Source: Azolla caroliniana (Eukaryota > Plantae > Polypodiophyta). Taken from it: DNA of 9,815 nucleotides. A model generated the notes under the pieces. That model searched no databases and was not told where the DNA came from. It saw nothing but the letters and a program-made list of their open reading frames with translations. Of this stretch, positions 9,098 through 9,815 are shown piece by piece. The translations under genes were made by a program, and so were the position numbers. The number at the start of each line of letters is the position of its first letter. The first letter of the stretch is position 1. Location: positions 1 to 9,815 of the forward strand of contig JBHGNT010001325.1 of the NCBI GenBank assembly GCA_043228905.1, in the 5' to 3' direction.

Positions 9098-9789
9098 GCA
9101 ACGTGTGTGAAATCGACCAACTAGTGACAAACGTCGAGAACGACTTGAAGTTCGGCCAACAACCTTCACAGTTCGGGGAGCCGACGAACGAAGATGATTT
9201 CGCCATCCAAAAAGAGCTATACTTGGGGTCCTTGTGTGAAACCAAATCGCCTCTTGGCCCATGGCAGTTCTGGATGATCATGCTAAAGAATGGCAACTTC
9301 GACCTTTCATCCGGACTTTGCCCGTCCACTGCACTGCCCATGTCGGACTCGACTAAACACCCATTTATTAGTATCAAAGCCTCGTCTTCATTCCCTTGCT
9401 TCGGCCCCGGATGCATGAACCACCCCTTAATCTTCCACAACGTGTCTACCCTAGCACCCCCACCCAACCTGTGTGTGAACTCGAGCACTAACACGAGCAT
9501 TAGCAATGACACTTGCATTTTCGAATACACCCCTTCCCTTGTCGGTAGCTTTTATGGCACATACGATTTGGATATCGTGTCCAATGACAACGGTACACGT
9601 ATTATCACGCCCGACAAGTCATACTTCTCGATCGACTGGCATAAAGATCCGAATAGTGGGAGCTGGATCTTCCACCATGTTCTCCGAGTTAGTAAGAAAT
9701 ACCCTTGGTTGATGCTCTACTTGAGAGCTGATGCTACAAAAGGGCCGTCGGGAGGATACCCTTGGGAGACACGTGGAATGATGGTCGAG
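9098..9789 (+). CDS. Coding exon 2 of the same DUF7705-type protein (gene continues beyond window)
   Basis: Stop-free frame (codons from 9100) with family motifs KELYLGSLCE, PWQFWMIMLKNGNFD, GLCP, FPCFGPGCMNHP, GSFYGTYDL, GSWIFHH and SKKYPWLMLYLRADATKGPSGGYPWETRGM. GC content is higher than in the flanks. Probable phase-0 donor AG|GTATTT at 9790, although the frame stays open to the window end. Confidence 0.92.
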
Positions 9790-9815
9790 GTATTTGAGTC
9801 TGTGAATTACTTGCT

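Noticed and set aside
9084-9530. 148-aa minus-strand ORF (also 8939..9262 minus and 9506..9712 plus)
   Set aside because: Antisense or off-frame shadows of the GC-richer real exon 2, with no recognisable motifs.

Overview
This is AT-rich eukaryotic land-plant genomic DNA, judged from GT-AG introns, TTTAGGG repeats and dinucleotide microsatellites. It is probably from a non-seed plant such as a fern, lycophyte or bryophyte, but that is inference. Bases 1 to about 7300 are intergenic with transposon debris: a possible Ty3/gypsy gag-pol remnant, a well-delimited 374-bp hAT-type MITE with TIRs and an 8-bp TSD, an orphan TIR of the same family, and a decayed L1-type LINE ORF2 3' end. From about 7380 to the window end lies the 5' part of one intact + strand gene: promoter motifs, a likely 5'UTR intron, uORFs, coding exon 8047-8461, a 636-nt intron and coding exon 9098 to about 9789. 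It encodes a secreted, Cys-rich, uncharacterised plant protein that I recognise from memory as DUF7705-type (At1g17030/At2g47010-like). The ORF track misses the second exon, and most listed ORFs are spurious. I found no evidence for a wholly new multi-gene system. The most interesting items are the unknown-function protein with its unusual features, its possible post-transcriptional controls, and the MITE family.
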